Assembly (NCBI GenBank): GCA_046563655.1
Contig: CM102288.1
Span: 3,720,001-3,784,000 of the forward strand
Source: Yuukianura sp. NJ FZ-2021
Lineage: Eukaryota
Length of the DNA: 64,000 nucleotides
Direction of reading: 5' to 3'
A program made the translations under genes and the position numbers. This document shows positions 1 to 12,800 of the stretch, in pieces; within the stretch, counting starts at the first letter, position 1, and each line of letters starts with the position of its first letter. Below the pieces are notes generated by a model. That model was not told where the DNA came from, searched no databases, and saw nothing but the letters and a program-made list of their open reading frames with translations.

Positions 1-3000
1 TTGAGAAGTTGCGTGTTCAAAGGAAGTCAGCTTTAATCTAAACTTTTTTTTAATTACAATTTCCATCAATCGCTAACTTTTTTTTACCTTAACCAATTCC
101 TTTTTCTAGAATTTTTCAAATCAAAAATAATGCAAGAGAGAGTCAACTTTAATACAAAAGAAAATCTAATTGCAACTTTTAAGAAAAAGAAAATGAATAA
201 GTGAGTGAAAGTGTTTTCTTCTTTGCATTTACTTTCTCCCCGCCCGCATTGCGCTAGTAATAAACAATAAAATTTTGTATGTCATAAACTCTTTTTTTCG
301 AAATTAAATATTCACGGGATGCCTCTATTATTTTTGCTTTCTTTTTTTCGAAATCGGTTTTATTCAAATTTTGTGCTCCCGGTGCGGCTTTCTTTCTTCC
401 CACTTTTGTTTTGTTTTGAAAATTGATTTTTTCGCTTCAAAGTCTTTTGAATTTGGTGGTTTGTGGGAAAGTGGAAGTGGCTGACTGTCATGCCTGAAAG
501 TGAAAGCAGGCTGCTGCTGGAGACAGAAGCTACTGAATCTTTGTGATACGGAGTTATCTGTCACTCAACTTCTGCATCATCTGCTTCTTCATAACAGGAC
601 ACTTGTGGACGGCCTCTCATGGACGATTGTACGTCCATGCAATTACCTGTCCATTAGTTCCCGCCCGTAGTAGACTAGATTGCTGGCTTGCACTTGACTA
701 ACTTCCTTTGCTCTCTGAAAGTTTTTTGAGAAAAAACGGGATCCGTATTTTCTTCGGCTGTCAATTCTCTTCAAATTGCACAAGACACGCAGCACGATCT
801 TCTTCTAACGCAAAACAACCAACTGCAAAGAAATCGAAACAAAAAGGTCAACAAAATGAGCTAAAGAACTATGCTAAACAAATGATGGAGAATGATTTTT
901 TTTTGTGTTGCTGGTATTACTGTTGCTTCTTTTGTTGTGGACCAACCGTCTCTCCTACTGTTTAGTTTTTCTTTCATCTCTTTCTAACTTGGAAGATGAA
1001 GATCCGCGATCTCCATGTTCTGCTTGTCTTGGCTCCACATGCTGAGTATCTGTTGCACTTTCTCCAGTCTTTCTCCCATAAAACTCTCTTCACGCTTCGT
1101 AGTTTCTTCAACAACACACTTTTATGATTTTGGCAACAAAAAAGATAAAAAAAAACAGCAGAGTCTCATCTGGGTCCAAAACTGAATCACTGGAGAAAGC
1201 AAGAGAAAGTTCCACTTTTCCAAAAAGTCTAAAAACTTATCTTTTTTATTCTCTTTGTCGTAAATACACTAATCCAATTATTATTTCTTTCTCTCCTCGA
1301 CTTTGCTTTTGCTTTCTTTTTTACCAAGAACCACTTTGGCACTAGTCCCACTTATTCTCTTCATAACTTAACAAAAATTCTGCACCTTACTGAGTTTAAA
1401 GGAAAAAAGCACTTTCCTCTCTCACCGTCTCCAAATCATAATTCATAATTAGAAAAAATGGAAAGCTTTTAGCCACACTTGCCTCTCTAGACATTACCCA
1501 GCTTGTTTTCTCTTCTTAAAAGAACAAAGAAGGTCAAAGAGAAAAATGTGAAAGGTCAAAGTTGAAGTCTAAATGAGTTTTGGCCCTCTGTTTCGGACAG
1601 GACTTGAGTAATTGTCTATTTTGATGACATGTCGACCTCTTTTGTGAGTCTTAAAACATGTTTTGTTTGAGAATTCTATTGTTGTTCCGACATCCAATTT
1701 TGGGGGACTCGAATTCTCCTTTAAACTACACCGACAAAAAATATTGGAGCATAAAAAAGGAGGAGAAAGTGGAACTAAAATGGTTGTTTTAGTTTTCTCC
1801 TAGTGTAAGATTTTTGTTTGAATTTGGCGGGAGAAAGTGTATTCGGATTCTGAAATCTGAAATCCAATTGGATTTGGTTTCTGTCTCGTTTTTCTATTTT
1901 CACAATTGAAGGTAAAGGAAAAGGTTTGCAGATTTCCATATGTACAGGAACAGAATACAGTCTTCCTTGGGGAATTTAGAGAGCGAGATGAAACAACATA
2001 CTTTTCCTATTTGGATCAATCTAACATCAACCAAACGTAACATCAACATAGCTTGAAAGTTAGGCTGGGTTGATGGAAATCGTTCGTGACATGCGTACGT
2101 GAATCTCGGAGAAAAGAGAAACTAAATTGGCCAACTTAGGACAACAAACAGCTTCCCGCTCAAAATTGGCCACGTTCAGGTTCAGTTCCTTTGAACCTGA
2201 AATTCGCAAATTTCGTCTCTGATTGTGATTATGTGCAAAAAAGGAAGAAGCTTTTACATTTCTCTGCCAACTGAAATTTCTGGTTTCTAAAAAGTGACGC
2301 TCTGTAGACACGAAAGATACTTCAAGTTCCTGCTCCTTTGTTTTTGTTACATAATTGCAGTCAACTGCTTTCTTCTTTCGAAAAGAAAAAAGAAGTTTTT
2401 AAAGTAATTTCATAGTTTCCGCTCCAAAAACTTTCTCTCGAAATAAAACTTTCCCTTTGATTCATTTGCCTTTCACTCTTATCCCTTATCCTCACCCTCT
2501 CTTGTTAGTTTCTCATATTTTCACTTTCTCCAAGTCTCTTTGTCTTCTCCAAAACAAATTTCACCAAAGAAAGTAACAATTGTTCCAGTCCAAATCCCTT
2601 ACAGGCAATTCGAATCAAGGCTCCCTCTTGTAAGGGCTCACCACTGCATAAGCTTACCAGGGACTTAAGGGCCTCGATCCATCAAAAACAAGCGATTCCC
2701 CAACACTCCTCCAGTCACATTCTTATGGTTAAGTTGGCGTTTTAAACAAAACAAAAAGGATTAGACTATGCGTTTTTTAAAAAACGTGAATTTTTTTTTT
2801 GAAGTGAAAGAAGATGAAGCTGGTGGATGGTCTGAAATGGTTCATTTGTTTCAGATGAATTCTGTCTGGAGAGGCATTTTGGGTGTGTGGAATGATGTGG
2901 AAAATGGCCTCATTCTCCACTAAGACATAATTCACCAAATCCTTACTCCCATTCCACCACCCATTTTCCTATCTTCAACCACTATTTTATCTTAACGTCT

Positions 3001-3716
3001 CAGCCGTACTTCAACCACCATGTTTTCAGTTTTTGCTCAAAACGTACAACGTTACTTGTCCTGCTGCGCTGCAACTGCTTCAAAATCCAAGTTCAAAGAG
3101 AAAGTTACATGAGAATCCTTGCTTCATGTTTTCAGAAAAAGTGGAAACTCGAGGCTTTGCTTTTCGGTAGAATTTTTGTAGGCGAAAATCGATTCTAATT
3201 AGTACTTCTAATCTCGAGGTAGTATATGGTTTCAAAATATCAAAAATTTCGCACTTTCGAAACCCCGAAATTTTTAGCTAATTTGAAAGAGTGCTGTTTT
3301 GAAACCTCGAACTAATTTTTGATCCTAGGTTTTTGGTCTTTTTGAAAAGGGAATGAATGTGCCAAGCCTTTCTGTTCTAATCCACACTAATCCAATCTTC
3401 AAAGGAATCCACAGCAGACATTTGTTAATTCCCAATTACTTTCTCTTTTTAGGCCAAAACCAGCAGCCATCATGCGCAATTTAAGCAACTAAAAGGTCAC
3501 TGACCTCTGACCTCCTCTCGCAAGATTCTCCAAGATTCTGCTTATAAATTGGGATCATCAAGACGGGAATTGGTTCTGCCTGGGCCGTGGGACTGGGTCC
3601 CTGCTGGAGCAATGTCTTGTGGTGGTGGTGGGGCTTAGAAGTGGGGCGGATCAATATTTTTCGGTGGGGCCAAGCCCACTTTCTCTCTGTTTCCAGTTGA
3701 AATTGGATTTGAGTGA

Positions 3717-6700
3717 ATGGAGCGGCTGAAGGGGAGTTTGAATGAGATGCTGCCTGGGAATGCAGAGGAACTTAAGGGAGAGGCCCTCATTCTCTTCAAT
3801 AAATTAATACGAACCAAAAACCCAGCAGTACACGAGGAACAGCCACACAGAGACACCAAGGAGGCAGCAGGACTTCAGGTTAGTTTTACGCGTATTAGGT
3901 TCATAACCTAACATAATCTAAACTTATTCAAATTCAAAACTCTCTTGGATTAATATGAATCCACTTTCTATTACTTTCCATGCCCTTAGAACATGACATA
4001 ACCTATTAGGCTAAGCATAACCTAAACATGACAGCATAACTAAGCTAATAACCAAAACTCTTCCTCAGATGGAAAAATTCTGTCATTTTCGAAATCTCAA
4101 AAAATCTCGACTCCGTAGAAAGCTCTCGCTATTTTAGTGTGAAATTTTATTTTAATAGATCGCTGTATCGATCGGAGAAAGTCGCCTAATTTTGTTCGTA
4201 TTTTTTTATTTTTGGTTTTCGAAACTAAAATTTCGTTAAATTTTGCTTAGCATGTTAGATTTTAGTGTGAAGTTTTTTCACTTTTAAAGTATGTTCTAAT
4301 TTCCGTTCTTTAACGATTCGTGAAATTTTCAACCACTTTCACCGCCTTTATCTTTTCCCAGAAGAAAAAGAAAGTGAATGGCCCGAGGAATGTGAAATTT
4401 CAAAAAGAGGCAAGAAAGTGAAGTGATGGTGGCGCCAGGGGCCTAAAAAAAGTAATGAAAAATGACTGTGTTCCGCCCACTTTCTTGTGCTTTCTCCTCC
4501 GTTCCTCCTTAAATCTTCATTTGTGGAACAAAGGCTTTTCGTTAAGACTTAAGAACTCATGGAACGTAAAGTTAATGGAACTAGATTATTCATTACAAGC
4601 ATAACCTAACTTTAACTATGTCGAAAAAACATATTTTAAACAAAAATTTGTCGTTTTCTCCACCTACTATCTTTTGAATGTCACAGGAAGGAATTTTAAT
4701 TAAAATTTTCTCTTTTCCAAAAAACAAATGGAATTTATCATAACGAAGAAAACAGAAAGAGAAAGTGGAACAACCACCTGAGGAAACTTGGTTAAGATAG
4801 CAGGGTACCATAAGGTTTGCAGATTAGGCTAAACTTAGGTTTTCAGATTAGGCTAAAGTTATGTTTTTAGATTAGGTTTTTGGAAGAGCCGCCATATGGA
4901 GAATGTCAAGTTAAGATTAGGCTTAGGTTTTACATCTGTTTGAGGAGAAAGTTGATTTTTGCTTACTCTGTAACACTCAAAATCTGACATTTTCTCATTT
5001 GTCACCGTCAAGTTCTCAAAGTCAGAGTAAAAGTCACTTCGCTTCACTTTCACACTTTTTGAACTATTTTTTTCAAAAAGTGAATTTTAAAAGTTGTTTT
5101 CGTCTCTTTTTTGAACTTTTGACCTCGTTTTTTAGAAATGCTTGACTACTTTGGACTTGACCTCACTTGGTGTTGGAAGTTGCGTGGGAACGGGCATGTA
5201 CTTGGTGTCTGGGATGGTGGCAAGGACCGTTGCTGGGCCTGGTGTCGTCCTCTCTTTTATTATTGCGGCTGTTGCATCGATTTTTTCCGGTGAGTGGATT
5301 TAGTCTATAGGAAAAGTTAAAAAAAATCAGATAAGAGATACGATGTCCTTTTTTGGAGAAAAATGGAAAGTGAAAGTAGTACAGAAAAGAACAAACCAGG
5401 AAACTGTTTTCATAATTGCAATGCCAATCATTTCCACAAAAAACAAACAAGTCGAAATCGGAAGAAAAATCAATTCCATTCGATTTTTTTCGCAATCAAA
5501 TGAAAATCTTTTTAGGAAATTTATTTTCATAGGTTTTTTATACGGTAAAAGTATGTTTACTTTCCATTTTTCCAAATTTTGTTTGTCCAATTTGAATTTG
5601 GCATAATGTTTTTCGTTTTCCGGAATTCATTTTTTTTTTAATTTTGGAAGCGGAGTGTTTTCTTTTGAAAAAAAAAACAGCAATTGACAAAATGGAAATG
5701 TTGCCAAAATTTTTTGTTTTCGCTGTGAAAGTGAAAGTAAACAGATTCTTGGAACCGCAGTTAAACTTCAGGAGCAGCATTTTCAAATTACATGTATGTT
5801 TTTTTTTTTTTGAAAAACAGGTTTAGAAAATCATTTTCTAAAGAAAAACAAGTTTGAAAATGAATTCTTATGTAAAAACAGAAAAAGTTTGGTCCTGAAA
5901 ACATGTCTGTTCAAATTATATTTGGAAACTCATTTGTCCATTGTTAATTTGCTAAACTTTTTAGGAGACAAAAAGTTTGGGAAGTATTTCGCTTTTCAGC
6001 AGCACAACTATTGAGTCTAATTTAACTTCTAAAACTTCGTGTCTCTTTAGGTAATTTTCTTTTGAGAAAATTTCAGAAAATGAACTTTTTTGAAACAAAG
6101 TTTCTAAAAAATGTAATTAACTGAACCTGACACTTTCATTTTCTGGCGTTTCGAGGCTTTGTGTTGTGCAACTTGTACGACCTGTTACAGTTACGTAACT
6201 ATGATGTAACTTTTGTAACTAGGAGCGTGCTATGCTGAATTTGGTGTCCGAGTGCCACATACGACTGGGTCAGCATACATGTACTCGTATGTGACAGTGG
6301 GTGAGTTCATTGCCTTCATCATTGGCTGGAACATGGTTCTGGAGTATCTGATTGGGACATCCGCCTGTGCCTGCGCACTCAGCGCCTGCTTCGATGCCAT
6401 CACTTCCGGAAGCATCAGTGAAGGCATTACCAGCTCCATAGGCACTATATTCGGTAATTACTTCTTAATTACATAATTACGAAATACTAATTACGAATTA
6501 CTTTTACAGGAAGACCACCCGACCTCCTGGCCTTTGTAATTACTTTGATCATGATGCTCGTTCTGATTGCTGGTGTTCAAAAATCGGTTCTCTTCAACAA
6601 TGTTCTCAACACAATCAACTTTGCTACTTGGGTTTTCATCATGGCAGCAGGACTCTTCTATGTCAAGTACTCCAACTGGACAGACTACGGAGGGTTCCTG

Positions 6701-9026
6701 CCCTTTGGGTGGTCAGGGGTAAGTTGACATTTGACCTCAAGTGACCTTGACCTTTGACCTTTGTGTTGTTTAGGTGCTGACAGGAGCAGCGACTTGTTTC
6801 TACGCCTTTATAGGATTTGATATAATTGCAACGACGGGCGAGGAGGCCACGAACCCCAAAAAGTCAATTCCGCTGGCCATTGTCGGAAGTTTGGCCATCG
6901 TGCTCGTGGCCTACGTCACGTCGTCCATCATGCTCACACTCGTTGGTGAGGTCAAAGCTAAGGTCAAACTGAGGTCAAAGGTCACTGACTTTTGATTTTG
7001 CAGTTCCCTTTGACGAAATTGTAAAGGACGCTGGCCTGGTGGAGATGTTTGGTCAAGTGGGAGCCAAGAAGTGCCAACAAGTTGTAGCCATTGGAGCTCT
7101 GGCTGGCCTTACGGTGTCTATGTTCGGATCAATGTTTCCTATGCCTAGAATTGTAAGTTTGAATTATAATATTATGTTTAATTAAATTATAAAAGTAATT
7201 ATAAATAATGAAACTAATTGACAGGTTTACGCTATGGCCAAAGACGGACTTATATTCCGGTGAGAATTCACTAAAACGTTTACATTCGAAATCAAAATTT
7301 TGTCATTAGGTTTGTTCCATTTTTTCGACGTGTATTATTTCATGTTCTATATTTTTATATTATTTATTTATAGATTACATATTTTATATTATAATATAAT
7401 TATATATTTTATTGATGATTGCGTGTCAGATGGCTAGCTGAGGTTTGGCCAATCACCGGAACTCCAGCTTAGTAAGTTTATCTTCCGAAAAAAAATTTCC
7501 GCATTTCCAAAAACGAAACTTCAGTTTTGAAAACATTTTCAAAAAATGCAATTTTTTTTGGCAGTGCGACAGTAACTCTGGGTGTTTTAGCTGCATTTGC
7601 AGCACTGTTCATTCAACTGGAAGTGCTCGTCGAGGTTAGTCAGCGTAATTAACCTAACATAAACTTCAACTAATCCTAACAAACCTAACAAAATTTTGAA
7701 ACTCTTTTTTCAGATGATGTCAATCGGTAAGTAAACAAAGTTCAAATTCTACAAACTTTTCTAAAATTCTAAGAAACAGTGTTACTTGAATTGCGATTTT
7801 TTAGGAACGCTGTTGGCATACACCTTAGTTTCTTCTTGTGTTCTTCTTCTGCGTTACCAACCAACTTCCACGACCTTGGTTGACCTGCTGCCCGAGTCCA
7901 TGCGAACACCACTTCCAGGAACTCCAATTGCTGGTTCCCCTATGGCAACCACCCCTACAAAGGACTACGGAGGGAGGTCAGGGGTCACGGGCACTTCACT
8001 CGGCGTGGGCCAAGAGCCTTTCCGCCCATTCCCCCCGCCCTCCAACGGTTCTCAACAACATCGGTCCAGTCTCAGTCTCGGTCTTGGACAAAGTTTTGTT
8101 CCGACTTCGGGCGGGCCCGTACTCGTTCGGAAAGTGACACGAACTTCACCGGACTCGGACGACACTGACACAATTGGAGACAACGAAGCAGACGATGCCT
8201 TTCTCATGGGAGGAGATCGGAACGAGTCCAGGTTCTACGGATCGGTTCACGCCGCAGCATCTCCGCGCATGAGCAAGTGGGAATCGCACATGAGGTACTC
8301 ATGATATCTAAAATTCAAAATTATTGTTCAAAATGTGATGCTCAAATGTGTTTGAACAGAGTGATGCAATACATGTGCCCAAAACTACTGCCGTGGAGGG
8401 ACCCTGGACCGGCGACAGACGAAACCGGAAGATTCGTGACGAAACTGGTCGGTTTGTTGTTTTTGCAGATCATTTTGTTCGATCTTTTCCTCGTTGCTGT
8501 CGTCGGGAGTTCCGGATTTGGACGATCTCTGCTCGTCTTCCTCCTCGTTCTGCTCTTCGCTGGAATAGTGGGTGTTCTCCTCGTCATTTCCAGAAAACCA
8601 CAGAATAAGTAACTTCAAAAGTTCAAAATCTCCAATTTTTGAAAATTTTCGTAATTTTGAAATGCTCTCTTGATGTTGACTCTTGTAGTAAATCTCTATT
8701 GTTCATGACCCCTGGACTTCCGTTCGTTCCTGCAATTGCCGTCATGGTCAACTTCTACCTAATTCTGAAGCTTTCCATTTTGACTCTAGTGAGATTTACT
8801 TTATGGATGATAATAGGTAAACTTAAAACTAATTAAATTAATTAAATATATTAACTAATGATTAATTTGAATAACTTATTTAATTGTAGGTTTAGCAATG
8901 TACTTCAAATATGGGATCAAGAACAGTTCACTAGAGGCGAAGGAAGATCCCGCCGTAGAACTGACCGTGGCAGGCCGAAGTCCTTCAGCAGATTCATTCC
9001 GAACAAACACATTCCACACACGATAG
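3717..9026 (+). CDS. SLC7A14: Cationic amino acid transporter, SLC7A14-like (APC superfamily), 14 coding exons
   Basis: GT-AG exons join in frame: 3717-3878, 5136-5289, 6223-6453, 6510-6718, 6774-6945, 7004-7152, 7225-7259, 7430-7471, 7565-7634, 7714-7726, 7805-8294, 8360-8608, 8689-8816, 8890-9026. Motifs [63 protein letters not shown] and [13 protein letters not shown]. The long insert after TM10 fits the SLC7A14 subfamily. Confidence 0.9.
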
Positions 9027-9828
9027 CTTTCCAAAATTTTTGTTTCAAAATTTTAGTTTTTAAAAATTACGTAAATTTTGAAAACTAGGTTGTATCCGTT
9101 TTCATTTTTCTTACAAATTCAACAAAAATTTACTAAATACTTTCAGTTACCCTTGATGTTCTTTGGATTCAAATTGTTGTAATTTGAAATGTGACACATG
9201 ACCTTTGACCTTTGGTAGGTGACCCCCCGAGGTCACGCGATTACACAACTTGTGATTTCTTACTGAATTTTATGAATTTATGAAAACAGATTTATTATAT
9301 TTAACTTAATTAATTTAACCATTGGACTAACTATTACTCATGATAAGCTATAAAAAATTGTTAACTTTAGGCAAAGAGGAAAAGTGGTGCTGTGTAGTTG
9401 TTGCTAGTTGAACTTTTGAACCCTCTCGTGTACCTCTCATGACCTTTGACCTTAACTTGACCTCGACCTTTGAACTCCACTAGACTTTGACCTTTGACCT
9501 TGTCGCTTCAAGTAGTCCAATGGTAGTGACCCTATACTGATCCCAGCACATTCAGGAACTCATATCCATAACGTGTCTCTTGTCTCGTCGTAGAAAAGTT
9601 GTAGTTTGTTCCAAAAAAGTCAAAAAAAAAAGTTGAAATTATGAAAATTATATTGACAACGGGTTGGTCAAAAAATAATTTCAATTGTTCCAAAAAACAA
9701 CTAAAAACTAAAAGTTAATTTTAACTTTTTGATTAACTTATTTAAGTTTAACAAGGTTTTAATTACTGTTTTCATTACATATTTAAATGCAAAGAATAAA
9801 AAAGTATTATTTATGACGACATTTTTTT

Positions 9829-12800
9829 TTAGTTTGTGAAACTCGCGCCTCCCGCGCGACATTCTCCCTTCAACGTCACGAAAATTACACTTTCCCCGCC
9901 AAAAATTCTCACGGTTTCTTCAAACTGAAATGGTAAATAAATCAAAATTTTAAAAATTCTAATTTTTTTTAAAAGAAATTTTGAAAATCTTACTTCTCCT
10001 TCTGTCGTAGGTGCAAATTTGATACGAAGAGTGAAGACCAAATTTGGGGCCAAAGGTCTCAGGGCATTGACTCTCGAAAACGGACCAAACTGATTGACCG
10101 TGTCCATTTTCAAGGTCAATAACCCTACGCTCGTGTTGTGCAGATTCAGTTCCTTGACATTGCTTGACCCGACTGGCAACGGGTCAAAGGTCATCATGTC
10201 ACTTCCCTCCAGAATGACGAGGTCGGGACGCTGTGCTGGGCATTTGAGCATCAAGAAGAGCAGTTCTTCTCTACCGTCGGCCACCGTGACACGACATGGC
10301 ACTTTGTAGGTATTCGTAACCATAGTTACTTCGTTGAGCAACGCACGTCGTGTTTTGTCATAGTCGATGCCCGTTTTATCGCTGAAGAACGGTGTAGGAT
10401 TGAGTGTTGCCGTAAGCGCATACTCCAGAAACTCTTGACGTAACTCCAGACCTTTCCGATTTGTCAGCGGAATCGTCACTGTACCGTCGGAGATCATCAG
10501 TTGAAGATCGTCAAAGTTTGAAACTATTGACGGGCCAAGAACCTTGGTGGATTTGCGATTCTTGTCGTCGGGCTGACTCCGAGAAGTTCCGATTCCAGCG
10601 CGACCAGTTCTAGGAGACTTCCGACTGCTAGCAGGTGAATTCATAGGAGTTTTAGCACGACTTTTCGGTTTTTTCTTTTGTTGCGTAGATTCTATGGCGT
10701 CTCCACTTCCGTCAAGTACCGTCATGGAAGAACTTGTAGTCTAAACACACACATTTTGAACTTTGACCTTGATTTTAATGTGTGACCTTGAACTCCTCCC
10801 CCAAAAACTTACGACAGGCTGTGACTGTGACAGGAGTTCACCGATTCGGGCCAATTCAATGACAATGTTTGCACGGTTTTCTTCAAATTTTTGTTGCAGT
10901 AAAACTGGGTAGTGTTTTCTGATACTTTCTGGACTCAAGTCGGCCTTGAATGTCACCAGCACTTTTTGACCCTATTTTGACCCAAATGGATCGAAAAATT
11001 AGTTGACCTTTGACCTATTTCAAGGTCACCTACCTTCCCTGGTTCGATAGTTCCCATACTTGGAGTAATTTCAATTGGAAATTGCTCGTTGATCAAAAAC
11101 TCAAACGTAGCCATAGAAGGCAAGCCCAAAATCGACGCAGCGCGGAGATGATGCTGAGCGGAAACCTGATGTTCTAAAAATAAAAACAAAGTTGAAATTC
11201 AAAATTTTAAACAAATTTTGTTTACTTGTTTAAAAATTTTTACTTGTTTTGGTGCTTTTCATGTACACTTCAGTGACGGCACTGGCAGAACTTCCGATAC
11301 ACGTTACTGGAAATGTAATGTGTGAGTAACGCAGTGTCGTCGTAGGCAGTTTTCCGATAAATTTAACTCCAACGACGCAGTCTTTTTTGTCTAACGTCCG
11401 AAGTTTAAGTGACGCGGAGTGTTTTCCGACTAAACCCGGAGATGGTGACAGGAGTACATCGAAGTCACGCGACTCTCCAGGCAACAATGTTCCAAATCCG
11501 TAGTTCGGTTGGACAACTAGCCACTAGTTTCAAAATTTGAAAATTTCAAAAAATAAAACTCATTTTTATGAGATTTTGGCCTAAATTTTGTTTTGCCTCC
11601 GGCAGTTCAACGAATCCAAAGTCCTGCGTCACACTTGCGACATTTGTAAGCGTCACTTGTTTGCGTACAGTTTCCGTTGTAGTGCAAATTCCAAAGTCCA
11701 TGTACGTGTCAATCATGACAATTGACAATTCAATTTTAGGTTCATCCAAAATTGCTTGAAAAGTTGAAATTAGTGGACCAGGAGTTGGAAATGGAAAGTC
11801 ATCAAAAAAGAACAAAACTGAGAAATCCAAAATTCGAGTGTCAAAGTCAAAAACTTGCCGAATGTTGGCAACTCTGAACAGTTCGGACCTGAAATTTAAA
11901 AAAAACAACAATATTCAAAAATATTGTTGGATTTTTCAAAATTTTAAGCCTAACCTTGGACTGAATTTGACTGTAAACAGGTTTGGAACTCCTGGAGAAC
12001 TCTGTGCCGTTTTTGGCACAACTTCCACAAAAGATTTCAAAATTGGTGGAACTTTGGCAGTCACTTTTCCTCTAGATTTACTCAGGTTATGGAGTACAAT
12101 TGGTTGTTGGTAATGGAAATCTAGAAATCCCAAATTTTCAAAATTTCGAAATCAAAATTCAACTCTTCCCAGAAATTTTCATAATTTGAGTAATACCGAT
12201 GCGGCAAATGTTGAAGTTGACGTTGAGCGGATCAGCCAAAAATGGATTCGAAATAGAGGTCCCGTCAAGTTGCAGTTTCAACTAGCAATTTTTACAAAAA
12301 CCAAAGTTAGTAAACAGGATTTCGAAAAATAAATTTCAAAATTTCGAAAAATAAAACTACTAAAATCTCAAAATTCGAATTGTAAAGATCCTGTTGCGAC
12401 GGATGCCTAACTAACATGGCAAATCTCTGGATTGTCAAACGAGATTTCGTAAAAGATTGAATGATCTCCAGGTACATCAGGGTTGAACATCGCTTCCAGC
12501 GTCAGTTCTCCAAAGGCAGTCAGACGCTGCGAAGGATCCAGTGCGTAGATGCTAAAAACGCTGCTACTCATGTCCTCTTCTTCTTCATCTGCGTCAACCT
12601 CCAACGACGCTTCTTGTACCGACTCCTCAGCATTTTCTTCACATGTTTTCATTTCGGTTTCTCGTTTTTGCTTTTTTCTTGCTGATTTTGACTTTCTCCA
12701 CGGCCGATCCTTGTCTTCATCAACTTCAGTTCCAGAAAGTTCAAGGTCACAGAACTTGACCCGTGGAGGAAGACATTCGTTGGGGTCAACTTGTTTCATA

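Noticed and set aside
364..2311. Short ORFs upstream of SLC7A14
   Set aside because: No homology or exon chain seen; more likely 5'UTR, intron or regulatory DNA.
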